Source of the DNA: an uncultured Desulfospira sp.
Lineage (GTDB): Bacteria; Desulfobacterota; Desulfobacteria; Desulfobacterales; Desulfobacteraceae
Length of the DNA: 64,000 nucleotides
Assembly: GCA_963663165.1 (NCBI GenBank)
Contig: OY760175.1
Span: 6,304,001 to 6,368,000, forward strand
Reading direction: 5' to 3'
Below, piece by piece: positions 48,835 through 59,600 of this stretch. Numbering within the stretch: position 1 is the first letter of the stretch; each line of letters starts with the position of its first letter. Under the pieces are notes generated by a model that saw only the letters and a list, made by a program, of their open reading frames with translations, was not told where the DNA came from and ran no database searches. The position numbers and the translations under genes were made by a program.

Positions 48835-50007
48835 TTAAAGTCCTGCAAGTTCTCTGATTTGGCCGGCCTTATCGGTCCGTTCCCAGTAAAAGTCCGGGTC
48901 TTTCCTGCCAAAATGGCCGTAGGCAGAGGTTTTCCGGTAAATGGGCCGCAGCAGGTCCAGGGTCTGGATAATGGCTGCGGGCCTTAAGTCAAACACCTCT
49001 TTGACAATCTTTATGGCCTCTGCTTCATCAATTTTTCCAGTGCCCATAAAGTCCACCAGCATGGAAACCGGCTCAGCCACGCCAATGGCATAGGCGATCT
49101 GAATCTCACACTTGTCCGCGATACCTGAGGCCACCAGATTCTTGGCCACATACCGCCCCATGTAGGAAGCGCTCCGGTCCACCTTGGAGGGATCTTTGCC
49201 GGAAAAGCATCCGCCCCCGTGGCTGCCCTGGCCGCCATAGGTATCCACAATAATCTTACGGCCGGTCACCCCGCAGTCTCCCATGGGGCCGCCAATGACA
49301 AAACGGCCGGTGGGGTTGATGAAAAACCGGGTATCGCCGTCAATCATGTCTTCGGGGATGATTTTTTTAATCACCTCTTTAACAACGGCGGTTTTCAGGT
49401 CGTCATAGGTCACGTCCGGTGAATGCTGGGTGGAAACCACCACCGTATCGACCCGGACCGGTTTGCCGGCCACATATTCTATGGTGACCTGGGATTTGCC
49501 GTCAGGCCTCAGGAAATCAAGGGCCCCGTTTTTCCGGACCTGGGTCAGCCGTTTGGTCAACTGATGGGCATAGGTAATGGGCATGGGCATGAGCTCTTCG
49601 GTTTCGTTGGTGGCAAACCCGAACATGAGGCCCTGGTCGCCGGCCCCCTGTTCCTTGTACAGGCCGTCGCCTTCGTTGACCCCCTGGGCAATGTCCGGGG
49701 ACTGCTGGTCAATGCTGGTGATGACCGAACAGGTTTTCCAGTCAAATCCCATGGCAGACGAGTTGTACCCAATGTCCCGGATGGTGTTCCGGACCACTTC
49801 GGGGATATCCACGTAGCACTCGGTTGTGATTTCTCCGGCAACCATGGCAAGCCCCGTGGTCACCAGTGTCTCGCAGGCAACCCTGCATTTTTTATCCTCT
49901 GCAATGATGGCATCCAGAATAGAGTCTGAAATGGCATCGGCCACTTTATCGGGGTGGCCCTCTGTCACGGACTCAGACGTAAATAATGAAGAACCTTTAC
50001 CAGCCAT
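48835..50007 (-). CDS. metK: S-adenosylmethionine synthetase
   Basis: [35 protein letters not shown]; start placed at MAGKGSS. Confidence 0.97.
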   Translation of the reverse strand: MAGKGSSLFTSESVTEGHPDKVADAISDSILDAIIAEDKKCRVACETLVTTGLAMVAGEITTECYVDIPEVVRNTIRDIGYNSSAMGFDWKTCSVITSIDQQSPDIAQGVNEGDGLYKEQGAGDQGLMFGFATNETEELMPMPITYAHQLTKRLTQVRKNGALDFLRPDGKSQVTIEYVAGKPVRVDTVVVSTQHSPDVTYDDLKTAVVKEVIKKIIPEDMIDGDTRFFINPTGRFVIGGPMGDCGVTGRKIIVDTYGGQGSHGGGCFSGKDPSKVDRSASYMGRYVAKNLVASGIADKCEIQIAYAIGVAEPVSMLVDFMGTGKIDEAEAIKIVKEVFDLRPAAIIQTLDLLRPIYRKTSAYGHFGRKDPDFYWERTDKAGQIRELAGL

Positions 50008-50258
50008 TTGACGCTCCTTGTATTTTAAAGGGTTGAAATCATCTTTTTCCAAAAGAAAAACACGTAAGGCATGAAAATTTAAAAACTGTTCCCTATTATC
50101 CAGGTTTCGTTTCCATTTGTCAATGGAAGAAAAGAAAGATATCAAGATATGTTCATATTTACATGAATCTTTCAGAATTCCCTTGACAATTTTCACCAGA
50201 CACAGAAAGATTCAGAAAACAAAGAACCAAAAGACAGAACACAAATCGGAGGCAAACC

Positions 50259-51239
50259 ATGTCTGAACAAAGCGCCAGCAGAGTGACCGGAATCGGATCG
50301 GCCTTAGTCGATGTATTGATCAATGAAACCGACCAGTTCTTAAAGGACTTGGGCAAGGAAAAAGGCGGGATGACTTACCATGATGACGGACAGATCCGGC
50401 AGATTCTGGACAAGTCGGACCAGACCCCCTTGATCGTCCCCGGCGGTGCGGCCTGCAACACCATTGTGGGGGTGGGCAAACTCGGCGGACAGGCCCGGTT
50501 TATCGGCACCCGGGGAAAAGATTCCTTTGGGGATCTGTTTGAAGAACAGGTCAGTTCCTGCGGGGTGGAAGCCCGGCTGACCCTTTCCGATTCCCCCACC
50601 GGAAAGGTCCTGTCCGTGGTCACCCCGGATGCCCAGCGGTCCATGTTCACCGATCTCGGGGCTTCCACTGAAATGAGTCCTGAAAAGATTTCCCCGGATC
50701 TGTTTGCTGACACGGCCATTGCCATGATCGAAGGCTACCTGCTGTTTAACCCGGAACTGATGAAGGCCTGTGTGGCGGCGGCCAAGCAGGCCGGCGCCCT
50801 GGTGGCCCTGGACCTGGCCAGCTTTGAAGTGGTAAATTCCGCCAAAGACCTTCTGGACAGCATTGTCCAGGAATCCGTTGACATTCTCATTGCCAACGAA
50901 GACGAAGCCAAGGCCTTTACCGGCACGTCCGATGAAGAAAAGAGCCTGGACCTTTTGTCCCGGAACGTCACCTGTGCGGTTCTAAAAGTGGGGGCCAGGG
51001 GCTCCTGGGTGAAATACAAAGACAAGGTCACCCGGATCGAACCGGTAAAGGGAAATGATCCCGTGGACACCACCGGTGCCGGAGACCTCTGGGCGTCCGG
51101 ATTTCTCTTTGGCCTTGCCCGGGGGCTTGACATTGAGCATTGCGGCCGGATCGGGTCGGCCTGCGGCTATGAGGTCTGCCAGGTCATGGGGGCCCAGATC
51201 CCGGAACCCGGCTGGGAAAGAATCCGGAAATTGATTTAA
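50259..51239 (+). CDS. PfkB-family kinase, probable adenosine kinase
   Basis: GSALVD, PGGAACNT, ANEDEA, DTTGAGD; divergent from metK-ahcY. Confidence 0.85.
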   Translation: MSEQSASRVTGIGSALVDVLINETDQFLKDLGKEKGGMTYHDDGQIRQILDKSDQTPLIVPGGAACNTIVGVGKLGGQARFIGTRGKDSFGDLFEEQVSSCGVEARLTLSDSPTGKVLSVVTPDAQRSMFTDLGASTEMSPEKISPDLFADTAIAMIEGYLLFNPELMKACVAAAKQAGALVALDLASFEVVNSAKDLLDSIVQESVDILIANEDEAKAFTGTSDEEKSLDLLSRNVTCAVLKVGARGSWVKYKDKVTRIEPVKGNDPVDTTGAGDLWASGFLFGLARGLDIEHCGRIGSACGYEVCQVMGAQIPEPGWERIRKLI

Positions 51240-51299
51240 AAAAGGCAGTCAGGCTGAAGGTGGTTAGACTGAACCCCTAACTTACGACAAACCTGGTCC

Positions 51300-52319
51300 T
51301 CAGCGGCTCGCCTGGTTTTTTGCATGGCCGATTTTGGAAAGCAATGCCTGAAACGCGTTGTTAAGCCGGATGAAGGCCTCATTGGACCCGCCCTTGTCCG
51401 GGTGGTGTTTTGAGGCAAGCTTCCGGTAAAGCCGGGTCAGTCCCCGTTTGTCCAGGGCCTCAAATGCCTTCTGGTCAATTTCAAACATGGAAAAGGCTTT
51501 CTGGGTTTGCATGACCTTTTTGGGCGGGGGCCGGAACCGTGTCCGGTTCCGGAAGATAAAATCTTTTTCCAGTTCTTCGAGCAGGGTGGAATGGGCGTAT
51601 TCGTGGTCAAAAAACATGATCAGATACCGGATCATGTAGGGAGCCAGGCTTGAGTTCCGGTCAAACAGGGAGTGGTTCAGCCGGCACAGCTCTTTAAGGA
51701 AAAATTTCTCCACCTTTTCCTGGTCCATGGCCTGGGGCATTTTCTTGGCCAGAAACCCTGAAAAAAAACTCTGGAGGTCAAAAATCGCATACACATAGGA
51801 TTTTACCTCCTTTGCCTTAAGACCGGTTTCCCTGGCCATGAAATCTTGCTCGATCTCATCCCTGGATTTTAGGGTCAAATCCTTGAACAGGGCGGCCGGC
51901 ATGCCGGAAACCGGGCCCTGGTCCATGTTCCCGAATTTCAGATAATGGGCCCGCCGCATGTCAAAGGGGTGGACGGATTTTAAAATCCGCTCTTTTTCCT
52001 CCCTGGACAAGGGGGTTCTTTTCCGGCTTGAAAAGGACCGGTTCCGGAAAGTCTCCACAGCCCTCTGGATATCCGGCCTTACCCAGGGCCAGAACAAATC
52101 CTCCAGCTGGTCCATGTCAAAGGTCGCGGCCCTGTCCATGAGCAGGTCCACCAGATTCTCATCCAGGTAAAAGGCGTTCCCGCCGGGATAGTCTACCCAT
52201 TTGCCCGGGCTTGGCCCCAAATCAAAAAGATCCCGGGACACATAGGCGGTCTCCTGCCGGGCAGATTCCCGCAGTATAAATGTTTCCCCCTTGGGGGTAT
52301 TGACTCTGGCAATATACAA
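51300..52319 (-). CDS. Protein with C-terminal J-domain
   Basis: LYRKLASKHHPDKGG...FIRLNNAF. Confidence 0.8.
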   Translation of the reverse strand: MYIARVNTPKGETFILRESARQETAYVSRDLFDLGPSPGKWVDYPGGNAFYLDENLVDLLMDRAATFDMDQLEDLFWPWVRPDIQRAVETFRNRSFSSRKRTPLSREEKERILKSVHPFDMRRAHYLKFGNMDQGPVSGMPAALFKDLTLKSRDEIEQDFMARETGLKAKEVKSYVYAIFDLQSFFSGFLAKKMPQAMDQEKVEKFFLKELCRLNHSLFDRNSSLAPYMIRYLIMFFDHEYAHSTLLEELEKDFIFRNRTRFRPPPKKVMQTQKAFSMFEIDQKAFEALDKRGLTRLYRKLASKHHPDKGGSNEAFIRLNNAFQALLSKIGHAKNQASR

Positions 52320-52345
52320 AAGCCTGATCCCCTTCAGCCTTCAGC

Positions 52346-53482
52346 CTAATCCCCTTTTCTATACGACAGGGTTTTCAGTTTCACCAGGTTATACGCCCGG
52401 GTGCCAAGGCCGATGCCCTTTGCATACTCAAGCTGGTGTTCCCAGTCCACGTAAGGGTAAAGCCCTTTGAACTTGTCCTGGCCCGGTGCCATGTTGGTGG
52501 ACAGGCAGGTGTGGGCAAGCCCCTGGGCGGCGTTGACCAGATCGGCACTGGCCTGGTCAATGGCCACCGGGTCCAATGAGGCCACCACCCCGATATTGCC
52601 GACAATGGGACTTTCGTTGTATGGCAGGCAGTCGCACTTGGGGGCCACATCGGTGATAAAGTTGATAAACAACGCCTTGCCCTGCTTGTTTTGGAGGACC
52701 CCCAGACTGTACTCCATCATTTTTTCCAGAAATACGGGCACGGTCTGGTTCCAGTTGATTTTAACCGATTCTGTGGGGCATCTTACAATACACTCCCCGC
52801 AGCCCACGCAAAGGTCCTTCTGGATATAGGCTTTTTTCTCCTCCAGATAAATGGCCGACCCCGGACAGTGGGCCGCACATTCCCCGCAGCCGATACAGGT
52901 TTTGCGTTTGATTTTGGGGCTGACGTTGGAGTGCTGGTCCAGTTTCCCCCGCCGGGAGGCCGATCCCATGCCCAGGTTTTTCAGGGTCCCCCCAAATCCG
53001 GACAGTTCGTGGCCTTTAAAATGGGCCACAGAGACCAGGGCATCAGCATGGATGATCTCCGCACCGATATAGACCTCTTTGCAGTGTTTCTGGTCCACCT
53101 TGACCGCAATTTCAGACTTGCCCCTCAACCCGTCGGCAATAATCACCGGGGCACCGTCCATACTGGAATAAGCAAACCCGTTTTCAACGGCGGTTTTGAT
53201 ATGGGAGACCGAATCCGACCGGGTGCCCACATAAAGGGTATTGGCATCGGTCAAAAAAGGGGTTGCCCCGGCTTTCCGGATGGTTTCAATCACCTTCCGG
53301 ATAAAGACCGGACGGATATAGGCGGTATTGCCCTGCTCACCAAAGTGAATTTTAACGGCGGTGAGGTCTTTGTTGTCCAGGACATCCTTGAGCCCGGCCC
53401 GCTTCATCAGCCTGGCAAGCTTTGAAACCAGGTTCTCTTTGGATGTGGCCTCAAGGTCCATGAAAAACACATCTGCTGTCAT
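52346..53482 (-). CDS. DUF362 iron-sulfur protein
   Basis: KIHFGEQGN, HFKGHE, GGTLKNLGMG, two CxxCxxCxxxCP motifs, DPVAIDQA. Confidence 0.9.
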   Translation of the reverse strand: MTADVFFMDLEATSKENLVSKLARLMKRAGLKDVLDNKDLTAVKIHFGEQGNTAYIRPVFIRKVIETIRKAGATPFLTDANTLYVGTRSDSVSHIKTAVENGFAYSSMDGAPVIIADGLRGKSEIAVKVDQKHCKEVYIGAEIIHADALVSVAHFKGHELSGFGGTLKNLGMGSASRRGKLDQHSNVSPKIKRKTCIGCGECAAHCPGSAIYLEEKKAYIQKDLCVGCGECIVRCPTESVKINWNQTVPVFLEKMMEYSLGVLQNKQGKALFINFITDVAPKCDCLPYNESPIVGNIGVVASLDPVAIDQASADLVNAAQGLAHTCLSTNMAPGQDKFKGLYPYVDWEHQLEYAKGIGLGTRAYNLVKLKTLSYRKGD

Positions 53483-53750
53483 TTTTATGCCCCTTTTTAT
53501 AATTTTTTTTAAAATCGAAAAATCAAACTGCCTGGACCCCAAAGCATACGGCCGGCAACTTTATCCTAAACAAGTATAGATATAAACTTGCCCAACCTCA
53601 ACCCTCATTTGGCCAGGCCACCCCGGACATCTCACATACCGCTCATCAAACCTGAACAGAACCGGAACAATGAAATGGTAAAGGTCCAGGACTATAGGGC
53701 ATGGCGTCCTCAACCCATTTAATGTTTATTTTTTACAAAGGAGTATTGAA

Positions 53751-54428
53751 ATGAAAAACTTATTATCCCGCATTTCTTTTTGTCTGGTTCTGTCTGCCGT
53801 TCTTACTGTGTTTGCTTCCCAGGCCATGGCGGCTGTTGTGATCACCGAGTGGATGTATAAAGGGGATGGCGGAGAATTTATTGAACTGACTAATACCGGA
53901 GACGAGGCTGTTGATCTTACCGGATGGTACTTTATGGATGATAAAAACAATGGCAATACATTTGACCTTTCTGCCCTGGGAACAATTGGCGCCGGTGAAT
54001 CCGTGATCATCACCGAAGATACTGCCGCACAATTTATTTCCGACTGGAACCTGAATTCCTCTGTAAAAGTGATTGGTGAGTTAGGGGCAGAAGGTGGTAC
54101 CGGGAACAATATCGGCAGCAGTGACACCATCAATATTTACGATTCTCTGGGCAATCTTGTGGACACCCTGACCTATAAAAAAGACCAAATCCAGACCAAT
54201 GGCGCCAGTGGCAACCCTCTCAGCCTGGACGCCCTTGGAGCAGATGACGATTCCCTCTGGGTGCTGTCCATTGTAGGTGATGAATATGGGTCATGGGAAT
54301 CCGTGCTGGGTGATGTGGGCAACCCCGGTGTTTTTACCCTGGCAGCGGTTCCCGTTCCCGGCACCCTCAGCCTTCTTTGTTCCGGTCTTCTGGCCCTTAC
54401 CGGCCTGACCCGCCGCAAAAACGCATAA
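53751..54428 (+). CDS. Lamin-tail-domain protein with VPxPG-CTERM sorting signal
   Basis: VVITEWMY...EFIELTNTG.EAVDLTGW; tail VPVPGTLSLLCSGLLALTGLTRRK. Confidence 0.85.
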   Translation: MKNLLSRISFCLVLSAVLTVFASQAMAAVVITEWMYKGDGGEFIELTNTGDEAVDLTGWYFMDDKNNGNTFDLSALGTIGAGESVIITEDTAAQFISDWNLNSSVKVIGELGAEGGTGNNIGSSDTINIYDSLGNLVDTLTYKKDQIQTNGASGNPLSLDALGADDDSLWVLSIVGDEYGSWESVLGDVGNPGVFTLAAVPVPGTLSLLCSGLLALTGLTRRKNA

Positions 54429-54481
54429 GGTTTAACGGTTTCATAAATTTTTGATTTTACGAATACGGAGACTGATTTAAC

Positions 54482-55405
54482 ATGAAACCAGAGATTCAAT
54501 TTTTTGGAAAAAGGGCCTGTCTGATTCTGGCGGTTTTGTCGGCAATGGCGATGTCAGGAATCTGTCAGACCGCATTGGCCGTCACCACCCTTGACCTGTC
54601 CACCTACACCCTTTCCGGAACTTACAATCTGGAACGGGGGCTTGCTTATTGTAAGGAAGCGTCTGCTGTGACCTATAACTGGGATACCGGCACCCTCTTT
54701 GTCGTTGGTGATGAGGGAGAGGCCCTGGTCGAGGTATCGTTGACCGGGAAAACCCTCAGCACCATGACCCTGGAGGGGTTTGACGACACCGAAGGGCTCA
54801 CCTATGTGGGCAACGGGCAGTTTGTCATCACTGAAGAACGGATCAGGGATGCTTATCTGTTGAGCTACAGCGCCGGCACAACCGTTGACAGAGATGATCT
54901 TGCCTCAGTTGACCTTGGCACTACCATTGAAAACATCGGCATCGAAGGCATTTCTTATGACACGGCTACCGGCAAGTACTACACGGTAAAAGAGAAAGAT
55001 GAGCAGGAGGTCAATGTTAACACGATTGACTTTACTGAGGGGGAAGCTGAAATCTCCAGTCTGTTTTCAGCAGACATTCTTGGCTTAAGTGACCTGTCCG
55101 ATATCCAGAGCCTGAGCATCCTGGGCTTGGAGAACATGCTGCTCATCCTCAGTCAGGAGTCTCAGAAGCTTCTTTCGGTGAACCTGGATGGAGAGATTTT
55201 AAGCACGTTTGACCTGAGCGGCCTTGTGAGTTCTATTGAAGGTGTAACCGTTGATGAAGCCGGAAACATCTATCTGGTGGCCGAAAACGGTTCTGTGCCC
55301 CTGTTGTATGTATTGACATCCACGAATACGGTACCCGTACCCGGTTCCCTTGTCCTGCTCTGCACTGCCCTGACCGGCCTTGCCGGCTGGCGCCGCCGCA
55401 TGTAG
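54482..55405 (+). CDS. SdiA-regulated (YjiK-like) beta-propeller protein with VPxPG-CTERM signal
   Basis: EASAVTYN, DTEGLTY, GIEGISYD, LSQES, EGVTVD; tail VPVPG-TM-RRR. Confidence 0.82.
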   Translation: MKPEIQFFGKRACLILAVLSAMAMSGICQTALAVTTLDLSTYTLSGTYNLERGLAYCKEASAVTYNWDTGTLFVVGDEGEALVEVSLTGKTLSTMTLEGFDDTEGLTYVGNGQFVITEERIRDAYLLSYSAGTTVDRDDLASVDLGTTIENIGIEGISYDTATGKYYTVKEKDEQEVNVNTIDFTEGEAEISSLFSADILGLSDLSDIQSLSILGLENMLLILSQESQKLLSVNLDGEILSTFDLSGLVSSIEGVTVDEAGNIYLVAENGSVPLLYVLTSTNTVPVPGSLVLLCTALTGLAGWRRRM

Positions 55406-55419
55406 GTTATGCCATGAAC

Positions 55420-55455
55420 AACAAGGTGGGCACGTAAACTGGTGCCCACCTTGTT
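55420..55455 (+). terminator. Terminator-like hairpin
   Basis: AACAAGGTGGGCAC-N8-GTGCCCACCTTGTT followed by a T-rich run. Confidence 0.6.
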
Positions 55456-55553
55456 TTGTTAAAGATATGTTTTTATGTATAGCCCTGCTTGAACTGTCGA
55501 AATCGTTATCAAAATCGAAATCGAGCGAATCTTGAAACTGATTGCAATTTTGG

Positions 55554-55600
55554 GTTGGAGCGGGCCATGCCCGTAATTCGCTGGTATGGCCCGCTCCAAC
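55554..55600. repeat. REP-like palindrome within (GAAATC)n/(GATTTC)n flanks
   Basis: GTTGGAGCGGGCCATGCC...GGTATGGCCCGCTCCAAC, related to 8849-8899. Confidence 0.7.
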
Positions 55601-55794
55601 AAGGCTATGTTTCATGTTCTTGTTCAAATCGTTTAACCCGGTGGACAAAAGAGCTGTGTTGCCACCAAATTTTCCGATTTCAATTTGGATTTCGATTTCG
55701 AGCGTTACGCCTGTTTGAACCGGGGATTCTGAAAATAAGGTATATTGTAGATACTTTGGAGCAGGCATCAATTAATGCTCGGTGTTTGTCTGTA

Positions 55795-56448
55795 TCAGGC
55801 CTTCTGTTCTCTTCTCAGCCCAACCAACCCGATCAAGCCGAAACCAAGAAGCCATGCTGCACCCGGGATGGGGACAGCGTTGAGCCTCAGCGTTCCCTCG
55901 ACGGTCACCTCGTCGTTTTTTTTACAGGTGCCGTAAGGAAATGCATACCAGTCTTCTCGAAAATTAACTTCAATACCGTATTCGCCGGCATCATCCGTTT
56001 CCCATATTTCCAAATCAGCATTTTGTATCATGATAAAGTATCCGTTGTCAGTATTGACGTAACTAACCATTGAGATGGCTAATCCGCCATCATCCATCTT
56101 CTCGATGGTCAAATAAGTGTCAAAAGAAAATGGCACATACTGGCGCCATGAATTCCCGTCAATGGTGCAGGAGATGTCTTGCGTGTTAAAAATGTACCGG
56201 GAGGGATCGTCCTCATCAACGGGGATGGGGGCCACCGTGTCATCTGTGTCGAAGCTGAAATTTATAAGGACACCATTAACTGAGGTAACCGTATCATGAT
56301 CACTCTCTATGTTATACGTTGTCACAGTTCCATTAAAAAGAAAATTATAGGTGTGTATGGCGGCCTGAACGGGAGTCGAGAAAAAAATGACCCCAAGGAA
56401 TAACAATAAAATAAAACTGGAATTAAAAAAAGGTTTGGCCCGAAACAT
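55795..56448 (-). CDS. Exported protein with VPxPG-CTERM signal
   Basis: Signal peptide ending VQA; tail VPIPGAAWLLGFGLIGLVGLRR. Confidence 0.82.
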   Translation of the reverse strand: MFRAKPFFNSSFILLLFLGVIFFSTPVQAAIHTYNFLFNGTVTTYNIESDHDTVTSVNGVLINFSFDTDDTVAPIPVDEDDPSRYIFNTQDISCTIDGNSWRQYVPFSFDTYLTIEKMDDGGLAISMVSYVNTDNGYFIMIQNADLEIWETDDAGEYGIEVNFREDWYAFPYGTCKKNDEVTVEGTLRLNAVPIPGAAWLLGFGLIGLVGLRREQKA

Positions 56449-56520
56449 TAGAACGCTCCTAACTTAGCTAATTTAATTGGAGATAACTGTATCTCTTATC
56501 TGGTGTCTGGCCGGAAACCC

Positions 56521-56645
56521 GTGTTTGGGCGAAAAGTTGCCCAGATGCAAGGCGCAGGGGAATTTGCAACCGGAGCAACCTTGGGGTTGTGAGGATTGCA
56601 AATTCCCCTGCAACGCGGCAGGTGGGTGACTTTTCGTACAAACAC
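56521..56645. mobile_element. ~125-bp palindromic MITE-like element
   Basis: GTGTTTG..CGAAAAGT...GCAGGGGAATTTGCAA...TTGCAAATTCCCCTGC...ACTTTTCG..CAAACAC. Confidence 0.65.
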
Positions 56646-56648
56646 CAC

Positions 56649-59600
56649 CTAAAACCGATACGTCACATCCAGATAATACACATCCTGATCCTCAAACCGG
56701 CCAAGCCTTGTGTCACTGTCGCCGGAGTAAATCCCGGCCCCGATCCGGCAGTCCAGGTTGGTGATATAGGACAGTTTCAGGTACGGGTTCAGGTAAAAGG
56801 AGTCGTTGTTCAGGGGCTTGGTGTATTTCACGCAGGCCTGGAGCCAGTCGACAAAGGCGTTCAGGCGGATCTCCCCGAGCAGGGAGGTCTCGTTTTCCTC
56901 GGCATACAAAATGGTGTCGTCAAAATCGGCCACGTACCGGTGGGCCACCTGGAAATTGAGGTAGGTATTTGCCTTGGTGGTGTAGTCGGCCCCGATGGCA
57001 TAGGTAAAGGTGGGTTTTCTCACCGAGGTCAGGGAGGTGGTTAAAAAGGATTCATTTTCATACCAGGCCGCTTCGCCCCGGATGCCGAATCCGGCCACCG
57101 CTGTTTCAAATTCAAGCCCTGCGATGCTGGTCTTTCGGTATTCCACCTCAATATCTTCGTTTTGATAAGTCCCGGCCGTGAAATCATCCGGTGAAAGCCC
57201 GTCGGCAACGCTGATGTTTTTTACCGGGAAGCTTTCATAATAGGGGTTGTCTTCAGTGGCATAATGGTAAGTGAATCCAAAATCCAGATCCCGGACCGAA
57301 GCGCTCAGCCTTACGCCCCATTCGGTTTCGTTGTCGGGATCCTCTTCATGAACATTTAAATTCTCAAAATAGGCTTTTTGAAAAGCTGAAAGGTTTGAAT
57401 CCGCCACTTCTTTTTTGATATGGCCGAACATGGACCAGTTGCTCTGAAAATAATTCTGGCGGTTCTCTTCAAAAAAGGGAATCACCACCCCTTCCAGGGT
57501 GAAGCCATTAAATGTGTAGCGGATATCCGCCATCCAGACCGGAATTTTTCTGTCTTCATAATCGGGAAGGTTAAATTCCCTTAAATCCTGGGGATTCAAG
57601 GTGTCCACCGGGCTGATCCGGTCCATTTTGCCCCACCGGACAATCTGTTTGCCTAAGGATACCGTCACATTTTCCCATTGATACTGCAGCTTGGCTTCGT
57701 ATAGATCGAGATCATAATCGCTGGTTTTATCATCCGGGCCAAAATAAAGGTAATCCGACAGGGCGGAAACCACCAGCATATCCTTATAATCGGCTTCGAG
57801 AATCACCCGGTTTCTGAAACTGGTTTCGTTTTCAGCCCCCTGATCCGCCACCTGCAGGGTTCCCCTGGCCTGGACAAGGCCGGAAATTTTCAAATCCTGT
57901 TGTTCGGCGGTTTCTTCCCGGGCGGTGTCCGCTTCAGCCTCGGCTGTTTCAATTTCAGGCGCTTCAACCGGGGCTGTTTTAACTTCAGGCGTTTCCGCTT
58001 CAGGTGCCTCAGCCACGGCTGTTTCGATTTCAGGGGCAATGGCTTCAGGGGTTTTGGTTTCAGCCATTGGGACTTCAGCTGTTTCAGCTTGTGCTGTTTC
58101 AATCCCAGCCTTTTCGGCTTCGGCCGCTTCAGGTTCAGTTGTTTCGATTTCCGGCGCCTGAGCTTCGGCTATCTTAACACCGGCTGTTTCAGCCTCAGGC
58201 GCTTTAACTTCAGGTGCCTGAACTTCAGGTGCTTCGGTTTCAGCCACTTCAACCGCGGCTGTTTCAGGTTCGACCGTTTCCGCTTTGGCTATTTCAGCAC
58301 CAGCTGTTTCAGCCTCAGCCATTTCAACCCAGCCGGTTTCGCCCGGGGCCGGTTCAGTTTCAGCCATCGCAACCGCAACGCCCTCAGCTTCAGTGGTTTC
58401 AACCGCCACGGGTTCCACCCGTGGTTCAGCCATGGTTTCCTGGGTTGACAAAATGGGCTCATAAGGGACTTCCCGGTCTTCCGGTTGAATTGGTCCGGTT
58501 GCCTCGGCCAGGGCCTGTTCCGGTGCCATTGCCCGGGTCTCCTTGGGCAGGGACGCCAGGGCAGGGGCGGCCGCTTCAGCAGGGATCTCTTTTCCGGGGC
58601 CTAACCGGAAGGACAACACATGGGAGCCTTCCACAAAGCCCTGGGCCGTTGAGAATTCAACATCACTGTCCGGCTCAAGATTCAAAACCAGGCGCACCAC
58701 ATCCTCTTTGGCCTGGCTGGCCTGAAGGGACTTAATTTTTTTAGAATGGATCTCCTTTGTCAGGCCGCCTTCGGGGACCACGGCACCCTTTATATCAACC
58801 ATGATCTGGCCAGAAGATTCTAAAGCGGTCCATGAGGTGGCCACGGGCCGGTCCAGTTTGATCAAAATCTGTTCGACATTCCCATGGGCACTGTACGTCG
58901 GGTCGGATAACCGGTTTGCCAGCATGGCCGCTGCCTGGTCGCCAGCTTCAGGTGAGGCAGGGGCCTGGGCCATGGCCGGTTCAGCCTGATCCGGCTGTAA
59001 AGGGGCTGACGGCATCATGTCCTGTGTTTCGGCCGATGCCAGGACATCGCCGGTATCTTCTTGTGCCGGAGCGCCTTTTTCGGGTCCTATGCGCAGGGAC
59101 AGGGCATGGGAGCCATCCACAAAACCCTGGGCCGTTGAAAACTCAACCGCACTGTCCGGCTGAAGGTTCAAGACCAGTTGAACCATGTCCTTGGTTTCCT
59201 GGCTTGCCTGGATGGACTGGATCTTTTGGGCGTTGATTTGCCTGGTCAGACCGCCTTCACCGATAACGGCATCCCTTATATTTACAATAATCTGGCCCGG
59301 AGATTTTTCAGTGGACCATGACATGGCCACGGGCCGGTCCACCTTGATCAAAATTTGTTCTTCACTTCCCTGGGCTTTGAACTGCGGATCAGACAAACGG
59401 TTTAACGGTGCCGCATCGTCTTCGGGTACCGGGGGGGTGTCGGCATGGGCCAGGAAAGGGGGAATATCTTCCTGTCCGGGCTCAGGCACCGGTCCCTGCT
59501 GATCTTCTTCCAGAGACGACACCAGGATATCGCCGCTGCCCGGGGCCGGGGGGGCTTTTCCCTTTTCCGGTGCAAGGCTCAGAAACAGGACATGATCGCC

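Noticed and set aside
50008..50258. SAM riboswitch or N-terminal extension of metK
   Set aside because: No recognisable SAM-I/II core; the region is the divergent promoter and the 63-aa extension has no MetK similarity
57900..58735. Arg/Phe/Cys-rich and Gln/Pro-rich plus-strand ORFs
   Set aside because: Antisense shadows of the Ala/Glu repeat region of the AMIN protein
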